Positions 11,706 through 25,204 of a stretch of DNA of 64,000 bases are shown in pieces. The number at the start of each line of letters is the position of its first letter. Position 1 is the first letter of the stretch. Position numbers and translations under genes: made by a program. The DNA is from Eledone cirrhosa (lineage: Eukaryota): positions 40,176,001 through 40,240,000 of the forward strand of contig OZ024744.1 in the NCBI GenBank assembly GCA_964016885.1. The letters are read 5' to 3'. The notes under the pieces were generated by a model. That model had not been told where the DNA came from. It saw only the letters and a program-made list of their open reading frames with translations, and ran no database searches.

Positions 11706-12498
11706 GGAACTGAATTGGTTGCACACATGGTCAATCAAGCTATATATGGTGTAGTCATACCCAAAGATTGGTGCAGCAGTATTCTTATAAATTGCTACAA
11801 AGGTAAAGGGGATGCTCTGGAGAGGAGCAATTATAGGGGCATAAAACTGATGGATCAGGTTATGAAAGTGACAGAAAGAATGGTAGCACAACTAATTAGA
11901 GAAACGGTCAAATTAAATGAGATGCAGTTTGGTTTTGTGCCTGGGAAAAGTACAACAGATGCCCTCTTCTTAGTGAGACAACTACAACAGAGGTTCTTAG
12001 AGAAGAATAAGCCACTATACTTAGCCTTTGTTGACCTAGAGAAAGCCTTTGATAGGGTACCCCGATCTGTCATCTGGTGGTCCCTAAGGAAACTAGGTAT
12101 AGAGGAATGGCTTGTGAGGACAGTGCAAGCTATGTACAGAGGAGCTGTCAGTAAAGTGAGAGTAGGAATGGAGTTTAGTGAGGAATTCCAGATACAAGTA
12201 GCAGTACATCAGGATTCAGTCCTCAGCCCGCTCTTGTTCATTATAGTCATCCAAGCCATAACAGAGGAGTTTAAGACTGGCTTCCCATAGGAACTTCTCT
12301 ATGCTGACGATCTGGTACTTATAGCAGAATCAGTAGAGAAGCTAGAGAATAAAGGCTGGCTATGGAAACAGCAGTTGGAAGCAAGAGGACTGAGAGTGAA
12401 CCTAGCTAAGACAAAAGTGTTGATGAGTAGAAAAGAGGACAAAACTCTGATTTCGTCAGGGAAATGGCCATGTTCGATATGTAGAAAAGGAGTTGGCA
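11706..12498 (+). mobile_element. internal RTE reverse-transcriptase fragment
   Basis: ORF 11715-12290: YKGKGD, NYRGIKL, QFGFVPGKSTTDA, FVDLEKAFDRVPR; nonsense codon at 12288, then YADD. Confidence 0.93.
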
Positions 12499-12671
12499 TA
12501 GATTTTTAGCAATAATGTATAGTCACCATTTTAGCAATAAGATATAATAGATATATCACCAAGACTTTAGCATGTTTTTACATAATTTATTAACAAAGGT
12601 TAAGCTGGCATGCCAAAAGAAATGAAATAAACCAATTAAGATTGCAAGAGAAAGTACAGTCAACTGTTTTT

Positions 12672-12922
12672 GTGTGTAGGACAGAACAAAGGAGAGGCAC
12701 AAAAGCAAAGAAAAGAATCCCCAGTCACTGAAGAGGTCACAGAATGTGTGACGAAAGAACTTTGACAATATATGAACAACCGTCTGGTTATGGAACCAAC
12801 CAACCAACCGTAAATTTATAAATTCTTAAATTTATAAATTTAATTTATAATAAATTGGAGTGAAAGCAACTGGTGCGTGTGTTTCTTATTGGCAACATGA
12901 CCCTCCCAAAGCATAACAATAT
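12672..12922 (+). mobile_element. short PLE-type terminus ending in (TA)n
   Basis: Homologous to 32064-32270 (-); shares the terminal ggcaacatgaccctcccaaag(c/t)ataacaata|tata with 6393-6425 and, more loosely, 39370-39395. Confidence 0.75.
12724..12766 (+). ncRNA. minimal type-I hammerhead ribozyme
   Basis: gtca-CTGAAGA-g-gtcaca(gaatg)tgtgac-GAAA-gaac-TT-tgac; stem I 4 bp, stem II 6 bp. Confidence 0.82.
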
Positions 12923-14058
12923 ATATATACATACATTTGTCTATGGACCATTAACTCCCGATGGAGGGAAAGGACCACTGGGTTTGGTCCTACTGCCTTC
13001 TATGGGAAAGTATCATTGGAATGCTTTAAATTTGGCCCAAGCTATTTGAATGCAATTGGGGAGATAGTGACTATTTGGAATCTTGTTGGATGGATGGTAC
13101 CTGATTTGAGTTTTGAATTACGTTAAGTATACATCATAAGGAGCATGATCATGATCATCAGCATCATTATCATCATCATTATTTAATGTCCATTTTCCAC
13201 ACTTGCATGGGTTAGACAGATTGTCACAAAATGAGACAAGTCAGGTCCGGAAACCACATCATGCTCATATGGATCTTTATTTTTGTTTAGTTTTAACAGC
13301 TGGATGCCCTTCCTAACACCAATCATGTTACAGTGTGGACTGGGTGCTTTATATCGTGGCACTGAATTTACCACTTTACTGAGTGAATTGGGTGTTTTTT
13401 GTCGTGTGTCATATCAACAACACGACCACCTTACAGGGTAGATTGGGCGCTTTTTATCATGTCACCAGCACAACCAGGGTAGACAGGGTGCTTTTTCTCA
13501 TGTCACCAACACATCATGTGTATGTGTATATGTGTAATGCTCAGACACTTACACATTAATTTCCTATGTAGGTGGTATCATTGATTTATCAAATAGAACA
13601 CTCGTCACTAAAACCGAAGGTCCATTCCATGTGTTTTATTTTACTTCAAATATAATCTGAAAACTGTTTTTCAGAATTAATAGACGTCAAAGGGAAAAAT
13701 TTGTAAATCAGCTTAGAGATTTTTATTTTTTTATTTTTAATCTGCTTAAATGTGATTGGCTCATTCTAAACATTAAATTATTGATTACTTCCACTAAGCT
13801 GTGCAACTCAGCATGGTAGTTCCAATAATTTACATTCATGGAACATTACATGCAAAGTGTGGGATGTTTAATTATTGCAATCCTGTCTTCAAGCATGTTT
13901 TAGATTTTGCTTTTAAAAAAAAAAAAAAAGGATAGCAAAAAAAAAAATTATATTTTTTATAAAGCAAAATCATATACTGGAGTATGTCTGACTCCCATTT
14001 TCTCTCTCTTTCTTTCTTGCTCTCTCTCTCTTCCTCTCTCTCTCTCTCTCTCTCCCGC

Positions 14059-14099
<41 letters not shown>

Positions 14100-14542
14100 C
14101 ATACATGTAAGTACATAAATATACGTACACAACCACACACATATATATATATATATACATTCCATACACACATACACAATCTTACACTCACACACATACA
14201 TATATATATATGTATATATATACACACGTGTTTATGATTGTTTATGTTGGCCATAAGGAGTTTCATATTTATATGTTTATTTAAACAAATAAATAAAATG
14301 AATTGAAATAACAATTTATATGTTTGCTAGAAGAACAGCAACATTCACAAGAGTTTATAATGAGGCAGTGTACACTATAAATAGACTTGTGGATATACAA
14401 TTGCTTTACTGCGGGCTTGCAACTTGGCAGTTGGATACAGCTATGACATAAGCCAATATGGGAAACTTTGTAGGAGGGGTCACTCAACCAGTTTAGAAAT
14501 AGTGGACTGATTTTTATTTCTGGAGCTACTTCTTGTGGAGTT

Positions 14543-14545
<3 letters not shown>

Positions 14546-14594
<49 letters not shown>

Positions 14595-14737
14595 TCCTTC
14601 TTCTTCTTCTTCTTCTTCTTCTTCTTCTTCTTCTTCTTCTTCTTCTTCTTCTTCTCCTCCCCTCTCCTCCTCCTCCCCCCCTCCTCCTTCTCCCCCCCCC
14701 TCCTCCTCATCCTCCTCTGTTGCTGCTGCTGCTGCTG
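14546..14737. repeat. compound microsatellite (CAT)n(CTT)n(CCT)n(GCT)n
   Basis: Consecutive triplet blocks seen directly. Confidence 0.95.
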
Positions 14738-15766
14738 CAGGGTGGTTGTGAAGGCAGAGTCCTCCTGCACATCACCCTGATGCTCCTGTCAGAAGCAACT
14801 GTCTCCAAATTATTTAGCTGGATCCCCAAGTGAGATCAACCAAACTCATGGATGCTATCCACCATCTTGATTATGGTCTACTCCAGGGTCTGTCATAAGG
14901 TGACTTTGTAAAATCTCTCCAGGTGAATGTAAAAAAGGTTGAGTTCATAGTAGATAATATAGCTCTAGATATATTTTAATCAAAAAAAAAAAAAAAAATG
15001 ACAGTTTTGTTGCAGCCTGAATGCTTTTGATCATAGGTCTGTTTGATGAAGCCTGACTTGGGGTTTAACAAGACTACTAAGTATTCTTGTTTAACATCAT
15101 ATTTATACTATATACTTGGCCATATCCGACCAAATTTCTCTCACCTCTTTCTGTTCAAACCAACTATAACTGGTTGCTCATACTAACATTGAGGTATTGT
15201 TCTCAAAATAAATAATATCAAAATCTCATAGATTCGATATTATGTGAGATAATTATCTTTATCACAAAAATACAATAGTAAATATATGGTAATGCAACCT
15301 TGTTAACCTTGTGGATCCAATGACAATCTTCTCCATTTTACACTATTCTCTACACCCCTCCTTACATTTCCACGTACATCATCTTTATCCATGTCTTTCT
15401 TGATCTTCTTCCTCTACTTCCTTTCAATTTCATCTCCATCACTACTCTCACCTATTTACTTTTATCCTTCCTCAACATATGAGCCAACCATCTCATTATG
15501 TTTCTCTTCACCACATTCATCCCCAGCTCTATTCCTATCACCATCTTCCACTCTCTCAGTGAGACTCTGCTCATCTACCAAACCATTCTTATTTCTTCTC
15601 TATTGTTCTATGTTCATCCATGATTTGATCCCATAAAGGATGGTACTTGAGAAAAACTGCAGCTAGATACATTCATACCTACACCTAAGTTGTAATCAGG
15701 GCTAGATTTATCTGGGTGTAGTGGGCTCCACTCATCAAACAGAGCTTCCCTCTCTCCCTCTTCTTG

Positions 15767-15892
<126 letters not shown>

Positions 15893-16147
15893 TGTGTATG
15901 TGTTATTATATGAGGGACCTACCAAACCTGAACTGCCTTGATCCCCTCCCTGCAAAGTTTAAATCTGGTCCTGCCTGTAATATTCAAATTTAAAATTGAG
16001 CCTAAATTTGTCTAAATTTCCTATAGTTTCTTCACATAAAATATATTTCAATCTGTCCTCAAACATATTGCCTTCTTTCCTAGCTCTTTTGATATCAAAC
16101 TACTTACAACTCTTCCTGGCTCTCCTATAACACATGACATATTCCAA

Positions 16148-16297
16148 CACACATACACACACACACAGACACACACACAGACAGACAGACAGACAGACAC
16201 ACACACACACAGACAGACACACACACACAGACAGACACATACACACAGACAGACACACAGACACACAGACAGACACACATACACAGACAGACAGACA

Positions 16298-16337
<40 letters not shown>

Positions 16338-16395
16338 GACACACACACAGACACACACACACAGACAGGCAGACACACACACACAGACACACACA
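16148..16395. repeat. (CA)n/(CAGA)n microsatellite; others at 8590-8820, 9397-9458, 15771-15890, 40078-40290 and 43761-44004
   Basis: Simple repeats seen directly. Confidence 0.97.
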
Positions 16396-16529
16396 TGTCT
16401 ATTGCATTAAGTACTTTTTATCATGATTGTATTTGTTGTAAATAATTCTTCTCAGCCAAAGATTTTTGTTTTTGTTTATCGAAGAATATTGTTATAACAG
16501 AGGTAGTAGTTCTATTATTATTATTATAA

Positions 16530-17391
16530 ATAGGGGATTAGTGGAGAGTAAGAGTGACGACGTACTTGGAGAAACTCTAGGCGTCGACGAAAATCAACTA
16601 GCCAATCTCTTCGGAAGGACTTTCGGGCCGGGGCCTATGGACAACTTCCAGAAATCCCTGGCCTGGCAGTGCTACCGGGGAGCTTTGCCAGTTCGGGATA
16701 AACTCTACAGGCATGGAGGTATCGTCAGCCGGGCATGTCCGAGATGCGCACAGGGCGACGGAACCGTCCTGCATGCACTCGTCCAGTGTCCGAGCATTGC
16801 TGACTTGTGGGTTTATGTCAAACACCTGCTGTCACGTGTAGGACGGATCCAGCTATCAGCTGAGTCCATCGTGAGGATTGCCCCGCCCTCTTCCTTTAGC
16901 CGGGAAGGGCAGGCAGTTTTTATCTGTCTGGTGGCCATGGCGAAAGAGATAGTATGGTGGACACGTTTGAAAGGGCTGAAGACGAGCACTTACCTCTTCG
17001 GTGATGCCCTGATTAACTTTTTCAAATTTCATTTGAAAAGAAAAATCAGAGTAGAGAGGGAAGTGCTCTCTTCCCAGCATTTTGTTGAAAGATGGCTGAG
17101 AGAAGCAAGTATGGCCCGAATGAATGGGCCTTCTCTGAGTATGTGTCTGTAAATTAAAGGTGGAAAATTGGGAGAGGGCACTTGCCCTGGTGGTCAGGGT
17201 CACTGTGGTCTTTTAATGGGCTTTCTCCACAAATGTCCCTCGGAAGTCTCCCCCCTATTGGGGAATTTTTCTTTGTTATTTTATTACATCCTCTGTTTTT
17301 TACACGCAGAAATGCCCATTTGTACCGTCCTGTATTGTCCTGTACTGTCCTTAATGACTACTTTATGTAAACCCTTGTGGTTAGTAAAGAA
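16530..17391 (+). mobile_element. 3' fragment of a Tx1/L1-clade non-LTR retrotransposon in a (TTA)n tract
   Basis: ORF 16466-17152 carries a zf-RVT/CCHC motif WQCYRGALPV...CPRC-x8-HALVQCP; (tta)n on both sides (16513-16527 and 17392-17437). Confidence 0.85.
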
Positions 17392-17437
<46 letters not shown>

Positions 17438-18003
17438 GTAGTAGTAGTAGTAGTAGTAGTAGTAATGTAAGTTACCTGATAATCTTTGTTTTATTTTTTT
17501 GGTGTTGCAAGAACAAAAAAACCACAACAAAGATTATCAAGTAACTTCCATTTTTGTTACCTCATTTTACAGTCCATTGCGCAGTGTTTTGCCTTCTATC
17601 TCTTTCCACAATTTATGCAGTGAGTTTCTCTGCCCTAGGTGTTGGGAAGACACTTGGCAAAAAAATGGAAACAAAATTGAAGGAAGAAGAAAAACACAAA
17701 TAATAATGATAATAATAGCAACAATAATTGTAATAATAATAACAACAACAGCAACAATAATATTTCGTCAATTTATTGCCCATTGAAAAATAAAATTGTT
17801 TACAATGATTCTAGTGCTTCCAAAACAAAACTGGATTGCTATTTTATAGAATGTTAATTACAAATGGCCAATAATACACAGGTACTTGATACATGGATAT
17901 TCAATTCACAGATAAAATATTTAATGAATAAAATCCAATTAAATATTTTCCAATGAAAAATATCTTGATGTCATTGTTAAAATATAAATAATGTATGTAT
18001 GTA

Positions 18004-19726
18004 TCATCATCATCATCACCGTTAAACGTCCATTTTTCCATGCTGGCATAGGTTAGACGAGTTATCCTGTTGTGAGCAATGCCAGGTCAGGTGACCATGT
18101 CTTGCTCATACAGAACTGATTTGGGCTTGGTTTCTACAGCTGGATGCCCTTCCTAACACCAACCTCATTTACAGTGAATACTGGGTGCCTTTTGTTGTGA
18201 CACCTACATGACCACTTTATAGTGTGGACTGGGTGTTTTTTGCTGTGACACCTACACGACCACTTTACAGTGTGGGCAGGGCACTTTTTGTCGTGTCACC
18301 ATAATGACCACTTTACAGTGTGGGCTGGAGGTTTCACTGGATGTGTACTTCAGCTTGTCCTCATGGGAGATGTATGGAAGTGGGTGAGGTGGGATAGGGT
18401 GGTGCATACTATATATTTGCTTCAGCTTTGGCCTATGCCCGTGGGAAGTTGGGTCTTATGTATTACTGCATAACGACAGAGATCTCGGTCCTGTATCATC
18501 TCTGTTGAGAGGTGCAATTGGGTAAGGTCAGCTTTTATCACCTCGTCCAAAGTCTTTCTGGGTCTCCCCACTCCACAGCTCCCATCGACTTTAGGCATTC
18601 TGCCCCTTTTTATACAGCATCACATGTCCATACCAATGCAATCTCCTCTCCTGCACACTGCATCTGATTCATTTTATGCCAGTTTCTCTCTTAGTACGTT
18701 TTATGCTTTGCCATTCATGTATATTACTATTCATTCCTTTCCAATCTACTCAAGTCTTCTGCACACAATGCCCAGGTCTTACCACAATGCAATATTGCTG
18801 TTCATATGCACGCATCATTCAATCTGCCTTTCATTTTGAGGGAAAAGCCTTTTACAGCTAGAGGTAGTAGTAGCTCCCTGAACTTCTTCCATTCTGTTCT
18901 TACTCTAGTTACTGTATTTTCAGAACACCCACCTCCACCGCTAATTCAGTCACCTAGGTAGCAAAAGCTGTCTACTGTTTCTACTGAACCCTCCCAGAGT
19001 TTGGTAGTGGTTGTTTTCTGTGGTTGTTTGTTGTTTACTGTTCCAGTGCAACCGTTACATGTAAAGTCTTCATTTCTAGCTAAACTTCCTGAGATCCCAC
19101 TATATCTCTTGTGTACTCATAGTTTGCATTTGGGGCAGAGGATGGAGCTCCTACCTACACCTTTCCTACATACTGAGCAAGGCCATTTTCCTGTGGGGAT
19201 CAGGTTTCTGTTTTCTTTTCTACTTAATAGGTCCTTAGTTTTTGTCAGGTTGACTTTAAAACACCTTTTTTCTAGACCCTGCTTCCATGTTTGAAATTTT
19301 TTCTCTAGTTCTAACATAGATTCAGCTATAAGTGTGAGATCATCTACATACAGAAGTTACCATGGGCAGCAGGTCTTAAACATCTCTGTTATCACCTGTA
19401 GTACGATAATAAAAGGAGAGGGCTAAGAACAGAGCCTTGGTGGATGCTAAATTCCCCGCTATAGTCATTGTTAATCCTAACTTTGCTAGCTTCTCCCCTA
19501 TACATGGCTTGTACAGCCTTCATAAGACACTCATCTACTCCTAGTTTTCTAAGAGCCCCACAGATTATGGCACAGGGCACTCTGTTGAAAGTTTTTCCCA
19601 GATCAACAACTGCCAGATAGAGCAGCTTACTTTTAGCTAGGTACTTTTCCTGTAACTGCTTCATCAGGAAGAAAGCATCTGTAGTGCTTTTGCCTGGTAC
19701 AAATCCAAACTGCATCTCATCTAGAT
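18004..19726 (-). mobile_element. degenerate 5'-truncated RTE LINE
   Basis: ORF fragments 19392-19736 (QFGFVPGKSTTDA) and 19117-19317 (WPCSVCRK); (cat)n tail at 18004. Confidence 0.92.
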
Positions 19727-19748
19727 GTATGTACATATGTATGTATGT

Positions 19749-22700
19749 TTTTCTGGTTTTATAATTTCACAAATTTTTACCAATAGAGAGAGAGTGTCAG
19801 TTTCTCACATAGACACAAGACTCTCTCATTGGAATTTACACATCAACTAGGCAGATTACGTATGCATGCCTGCATGTGTAGATATGGATGTTATTGTATG
19901 TGTGGATGTGGATGTTTTGAGTTGTATGTGTGCATGTGTATATGCTTTGTATATGTACATGTGTATATGCAGTTATAAGATGCACAATTTTTGGAATGTT
20001 TTACATATTTTTACTGTTCCATTAATGGATTCATCATCATCATCATCATCGTTTAACGTCCCTGTTCCACGCTTGCATGGGTTTGGACGGGGGTTTTCCC
20101 ACTTGAAGCAAGAGTGGTTGTCTTGCTCGCATAGGACTGTCTGGCGGGTTTTCTACAGCTGGATGCCCTTCCTAACACCAACCACATTTACAGTGTGGGG
20201 CTGGGAGGTTTTTACCGTGTTGCCTACACGGCCACATTACAGCGTGGACTGTCTGGCGTGTTTTCTACAGCTAGATGCCCTTCCTAACACCAACCACATT
20301 TACAGTGTGGGACTGGGAGGTTTTTACCGTGTTGCCTACACGGCCACATTACAGCGTGGACTGTGTGTTTTTTTGTCGTGACACCTACACGATCTCGTTT
20401 GTTTCGGCCTGGATGTTGTGACACCAACATAACTTTGCATTGAAGGGGGCGGTGTGGATGGGGTGGGACGGGGGTGTATTTTGTTAGAGATGCCTACTGA
20501 CTAGTAGGTTTTACTTTGTATTTAGGTAAGGCGGGTCTTCTCTGTTACTGAGTACCGCCAAAGGTCTCGGTCCAGTGACATTGTCTTGGAGAGGTGTAAG
20601 TGTGTGAGGTCGGAATTTATCAGCTCGTCCCAGGTTTTCCTGGGTCTGCCTACTCCGTGGCTACCATCTATCTTTATTGCCCTGCACTTTGTTATACAGC
20701 TGTCGTCTTTCATGCGCATCACGTGACCATACCAACGTAGCCTTCTCTCGAGTAAACAACATCTGATCCCTCTTATTTCTAATTTTTTCCTTAGTTCGTT
20801 TATGCTTTGCCGTTCACGTATATTACTATTACACATCCAGCAGAGCATGCAAGCTTCGTTCCTCTCTAGTCTGCGTATATCCTCTGCACACAATGCCCAG
20901 GTCTCACTGCCATGCAACATTGCTGTTCGTATGCAGGCATCATACAACCTGCCTTTCATTTTTAGGGAGAACCCTTTAGCGGCTAATAGTGGTATAAGCT
21001 CTCTGAACTTTTTCCATCCAGTTCTGACTCTAGCTACTGTACTTTCAGAGCACCCTCCCCCACTGCTGATTTTGTCACCCAGGTAACGGAAACTGTCCAC
21101 TATTTCTATAGAACCCTCTGTGCAATTGAAAGAGTTAGTATTTTGTGGGCACTTGCTGCTACTTATTGCACTAGAGCACCGGCCACATGTAAAATCTGTG
21201 TTCTTAGTTAGCTTACCTGTGATCCCACTACATCTTTTATGCACCCATACTTTGCATTTGGGACATAAAATGGAGTTTCTACCTACGCCTTTCCTACACA
21301 CTGAGCATGGCCATTTCCCGGAAGGGACCGCCGCCTTATTTTCTTTCCTACAAACTAGAACTTTAGTCTTAGCCAGGTTAATTTTAAGGCCTTTTGATTC
21401 TAGGCTGTGCTTCCATGTTTGGAATTTGGATTGTACTTGTAATTTCCTAACTAGTTGTGTTCTTTCTGTTCCTGTGAAGCCTAGCTTCTCAAGATTTGTA
21501 TTGAGGCAGTTACTAACATACCCCAGTGCCCCAATAATCACAGGCATAAATCTGAAGGTGTAATCATGGTGGAGTATCTGCAGATTTCTCACCAGTTCTG
21601 CATAAATATTCTCTTTTTCGGTAATCTTTGATATTATATTTGCATCTGCTGGGCAGCTAACTTCCACTTGTGTGCATGCTTTCTTCTCCCTGTCCCATAT
21701 CATAATATCTGGTCTGTTATGCCTGCATTTTATTGGGGTTTTTACTGGAACATTCCACCAGTATTCTTTCATATTATGTATATTGATGTCTTCCACATTG
21801 CTGTAGCTTTTAATGATTTTTTGCTGATAAGCATGCAGTTTTTCATCCATGGATTCACTGCGATACTGCTGAGTGACTTCCCTGGGTGTGAGTTTTTGAT
21901 TATCACACAGGGAATATCTCTTGAGGAGTTCCTTCTCAACTCTCATGATCTTATCTGTTTCATACAGATAGACTTGCTGAGAGGCAGGTTTCTACGCTTC
22001 GAGGTTCGCAGATGTTGTCGGAGGGATATGTTGCGACATTCAAATGCTGTCTGGACTGATGTTAGGCCTCTGCCTCCCTGCTTACGTTTCAAGTAAAGAT
22101 GGTCTATGTCACTGTTAATGTGGAAGTTTCCGGTGTTGTTTAGTATTTTCCGAGTTCTAACATCAACTGGTCGGATTTCGTCTATTGTCCAATTGAGTAT
22201 TCCAGATGTTGGTGTTAGGACAGGCACAGCAAACACATTGTGAGCCACTGTTTTGTTTAGCGCAGAGAGTTCCGATGACCAAATCTTTCTTAATCAGGTG
22301 TAGTATTCCCTGGTTACGCGTTCCTTATTACAGATACCATTATAGGATATGTTCTTATCTATCCCCAGGCATCTGTAGCAGTCCTCATCAGATATCGGTG
22401 AATCAGTTAGGCCATTGATGACAATGTTGTTAGATTGGGTTGTTGTTTTTCCCTGCTTTACAGGCATATATGAGCATTTACCAAACTCCGTTCCTATATC
22501 CTTTGAGAATGTTGTAACCAGGTCGAGATTTTTCTTCATCCGATCCATGTTCTTGGCATAGAGTTTCAGATCATCCACAAAGAAATTATAGGTTCGGTTC
22601 ATATTTCTGTCCTCCTGTGAGCCAATGATGTATCCTTCACATTTCTTAGCAGAAAGTACAAGGGGTTTAATGACAGAATGAATAATATCACAGGGAGACT

Positions 22701-24595
22701 GTCTCCTTGAAATATACCCCTGCGATATTTTATTTTATCAGTGAAAATAGAGTCCTCCTTCTCTGTCTTTAACCTTAGGTTAGTAGCCCAAGAAGAAGAC
22801 AGCTTCTTTATGGCTCTGATAATAATGTCTGGGACTTTAGCAAGTTGGAGGGCCTTTATCATCCAAGAGTGGGGAACAGAATCGAAAGCTTTCCTGTAGT
22901 CCAGCCAGACTGTCTCCATATTCCTCCAAAGTTGTGGCACCTCTGACATTGCAGTTTTGTTGATTAGGAGTTGTTCAGCACATCCCCAAACCCCTTTCTT
23001 TCCAGCTGCTTGTTCATCAGTGATGATGTTATTATTTTCACAGTGATGTTGGAGGAATAGATTCAGGCAGGCTGTATACCTCTTATACATCAGGTTCTGG
23101 CATGCAATGGGTCGGTAGTTTTTTGCCAAGTGGGAGTGGGTGTCTTTGTTCTTGGGGACCAGTATAAGTGTATCTCCCTTAAGAACTTGTTGGTAGAGGT
23201 AAATAAGATACCTCCATAGAATATCAGTTTTTTGTACCTGTAGCCGACAATCATGTCTCTTCCTGGTGTTTTCTTATCTTGGAGTTTTCCTATCACAGTC
23301 TCAAGGGTACCATCACTTATTTTGTATGTTTTTGTTGCAGTGTAGGAACAATAGTTCTTTCGGATTTCTTTTAGCCATACTGCACCTTGGTTGAAATTCT
23401 TCTTTTCACCCCATATTTTTCTCCAAAAGGAATCTATGTTTTTTCTGGGATGGGGCCTCAGTGACACTTATTATTTTGCCCTTCATATCTCTATAAACTG
23501 ATGTTTGGTTTCGTCTGAATCTTTTATTAAGCACTTTTCTTTCATCTACCTTCTTCAGGTATCAACGTTCTTCGCTAACAGGTCTCAATTCTTGTTTTTT
23601 TATCCGTTGTAAATATTCATTCCCTATTTCGTCAATAGCACGTAATATTTCATTTCTTTTTTTTTTTTAAATTAAATATTGTTGTTTTAACACATTCAGC
23701 AAGAGAGATATTTATACATGAATTAATTTCTCTCTGGAAGATTTTGTTGAGGGAAATTTTCAATTGTTTATACTTTTGATTATTATCATTATCGATAGTA
23801 TTTTCCACAATAGTCGAGGTAGACTTGGATGGTGCATATGGTGTCAAATTTCTTCGATTATTATTATTATTTCTTCGATTATTATTATTATCGATAGTGT
23901 TTTCCCCAGCATTCCAGGTAGACTCAGATGGTACAGGTGGTGTCAAGTTTCTTACAGGCATAGTTGTTTCAAGGCGCTGTTCGACCTGGCTGCTAGGAAG
24001 TCTAGTAGCATGGCGATCAGTAGCATGTGTTGTTGATTCCATGTTTGTTGTGGGGGACTTACAATTAATAATATTTATCTTGTTTTTACGTTCAACAAAC
24101 GTCGCTTGTTGGCGTAATTGTTTGGCTGTGAAGTGATTTAGCTCTGGATGTATTTCGTCCCAGTGTAGCTTCATTCTGTTCATATAGCCAATGGAGGGAT
24201 TGTTTTTTGCCATTTTATAACAATTAAATAAATCATTAAGTTTGCAACTCCAAGAGAAATGTGATTTATAATTTCGGTTTCTTCTGTAGCTACAACTGAA
24301 TAAATTTTCTTTACCTTTCTCTTTGTTTTTCTTCGGTACTTTCTTAATGTTGTTGTAGTTGATGTTGTGTTCAGCCATGCTGCTTGTAGCAAATCCTTGT
24401 AAAATGAATTATGTATTTAGTTGGATATCTCTATGAATTCGAATAAAAGGTGTCTTCAGTAGATATAGTTAGAAGAATATCCAGTTATTCAACATGACTG
24501 TAGTTGTGGCATTACTGTCAGAGATAGTATTCATCTTAAATTTAATAAATAGTCTCCCACGCCAAAATATGCGACTGATCGCGTTGACTAAATAT
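19749..24595 (-). mobile_element. R4/Dong-like RLE non-LTR retrotransposon, frameshifted and interrupted by an RTE
   Basis: N-terminal ORF 23650-24378; RT motifs NYRPIAC, WLDYRKAFDSVPHSW, RGIFQGDSL, FVDDLKLY; GGRGL thumb; RLE motifs HNRPDIMIWD...EVSCP...PVIIGALG. The C-terminus QSINGTVKICKTFQKLCIL* resumes at 20031-19973. Flanked by (TACA)n. Confidence 0.9.
20032..21426 (-). mobile_element. young 5'-truncated RTE LINE nested in the R4/Dong element
   Basis: TSD tggatt at 20026-20031 and 21427-21432; open reading frame to the stop at 20522; near-identical to the copies at 37644 and 40264. Confidence 0.95.
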
Positions 24596-25204
24596 GTATT
24601 ATGTATGTATGTAGGGCGGAAGAGCTCATAAGAGTCAACGGCCATCCAAAAGTGTGTAAATATGTATATACTCATGTATGTATATGTATATGTGTATATA
24701 CATATGTGCATGTGTATGTATATGCGCAAGGACATAAAAATAGTCTAGCTAGATACCCAATCACGTGGTTAAACCAGTGGGAGTGAAGGACCCCTAGCCT
24801 TTGTCAGGGCATTCTTCTAGGAGAAGGCAACTCAGGAAACTAGGATAACTCCGATATAAAACCTGCGGCTCAGTAGTTACCGGTGATGTTGATCTTTTCT
24901 TCTTTTCGGGTTATAGCTACTGTCGCTCAGAGAGTGGGATTGGCTCAGTGCACAGTCTTTCCTCACTTTAAAAAAAATCTTCACGCACAGGCATTGCACG
25001 ATAGAATTAATTAATAATTATTAATAATGGTATATCGTGCAAAGGCCATACTCGATAACGAGGGGGCAGCCATCATATATGTATGTGCGTACGTACATAC
25101 GTATGTATGTATATATGTACGTATGTATGTATATATGTACGTATGTATGTATGTGTGTCTTTCTGTTTGTGTCTATGTGTGTGTGTATGTATATATCATC
25201 ATAA

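Noticed and set aside
20522-21946. 474-aa ORF as a novel gene
   Set aside because: Explained by an RTE insertion into an R4 element with a TSD; the host C-terminus resumes at 20031.
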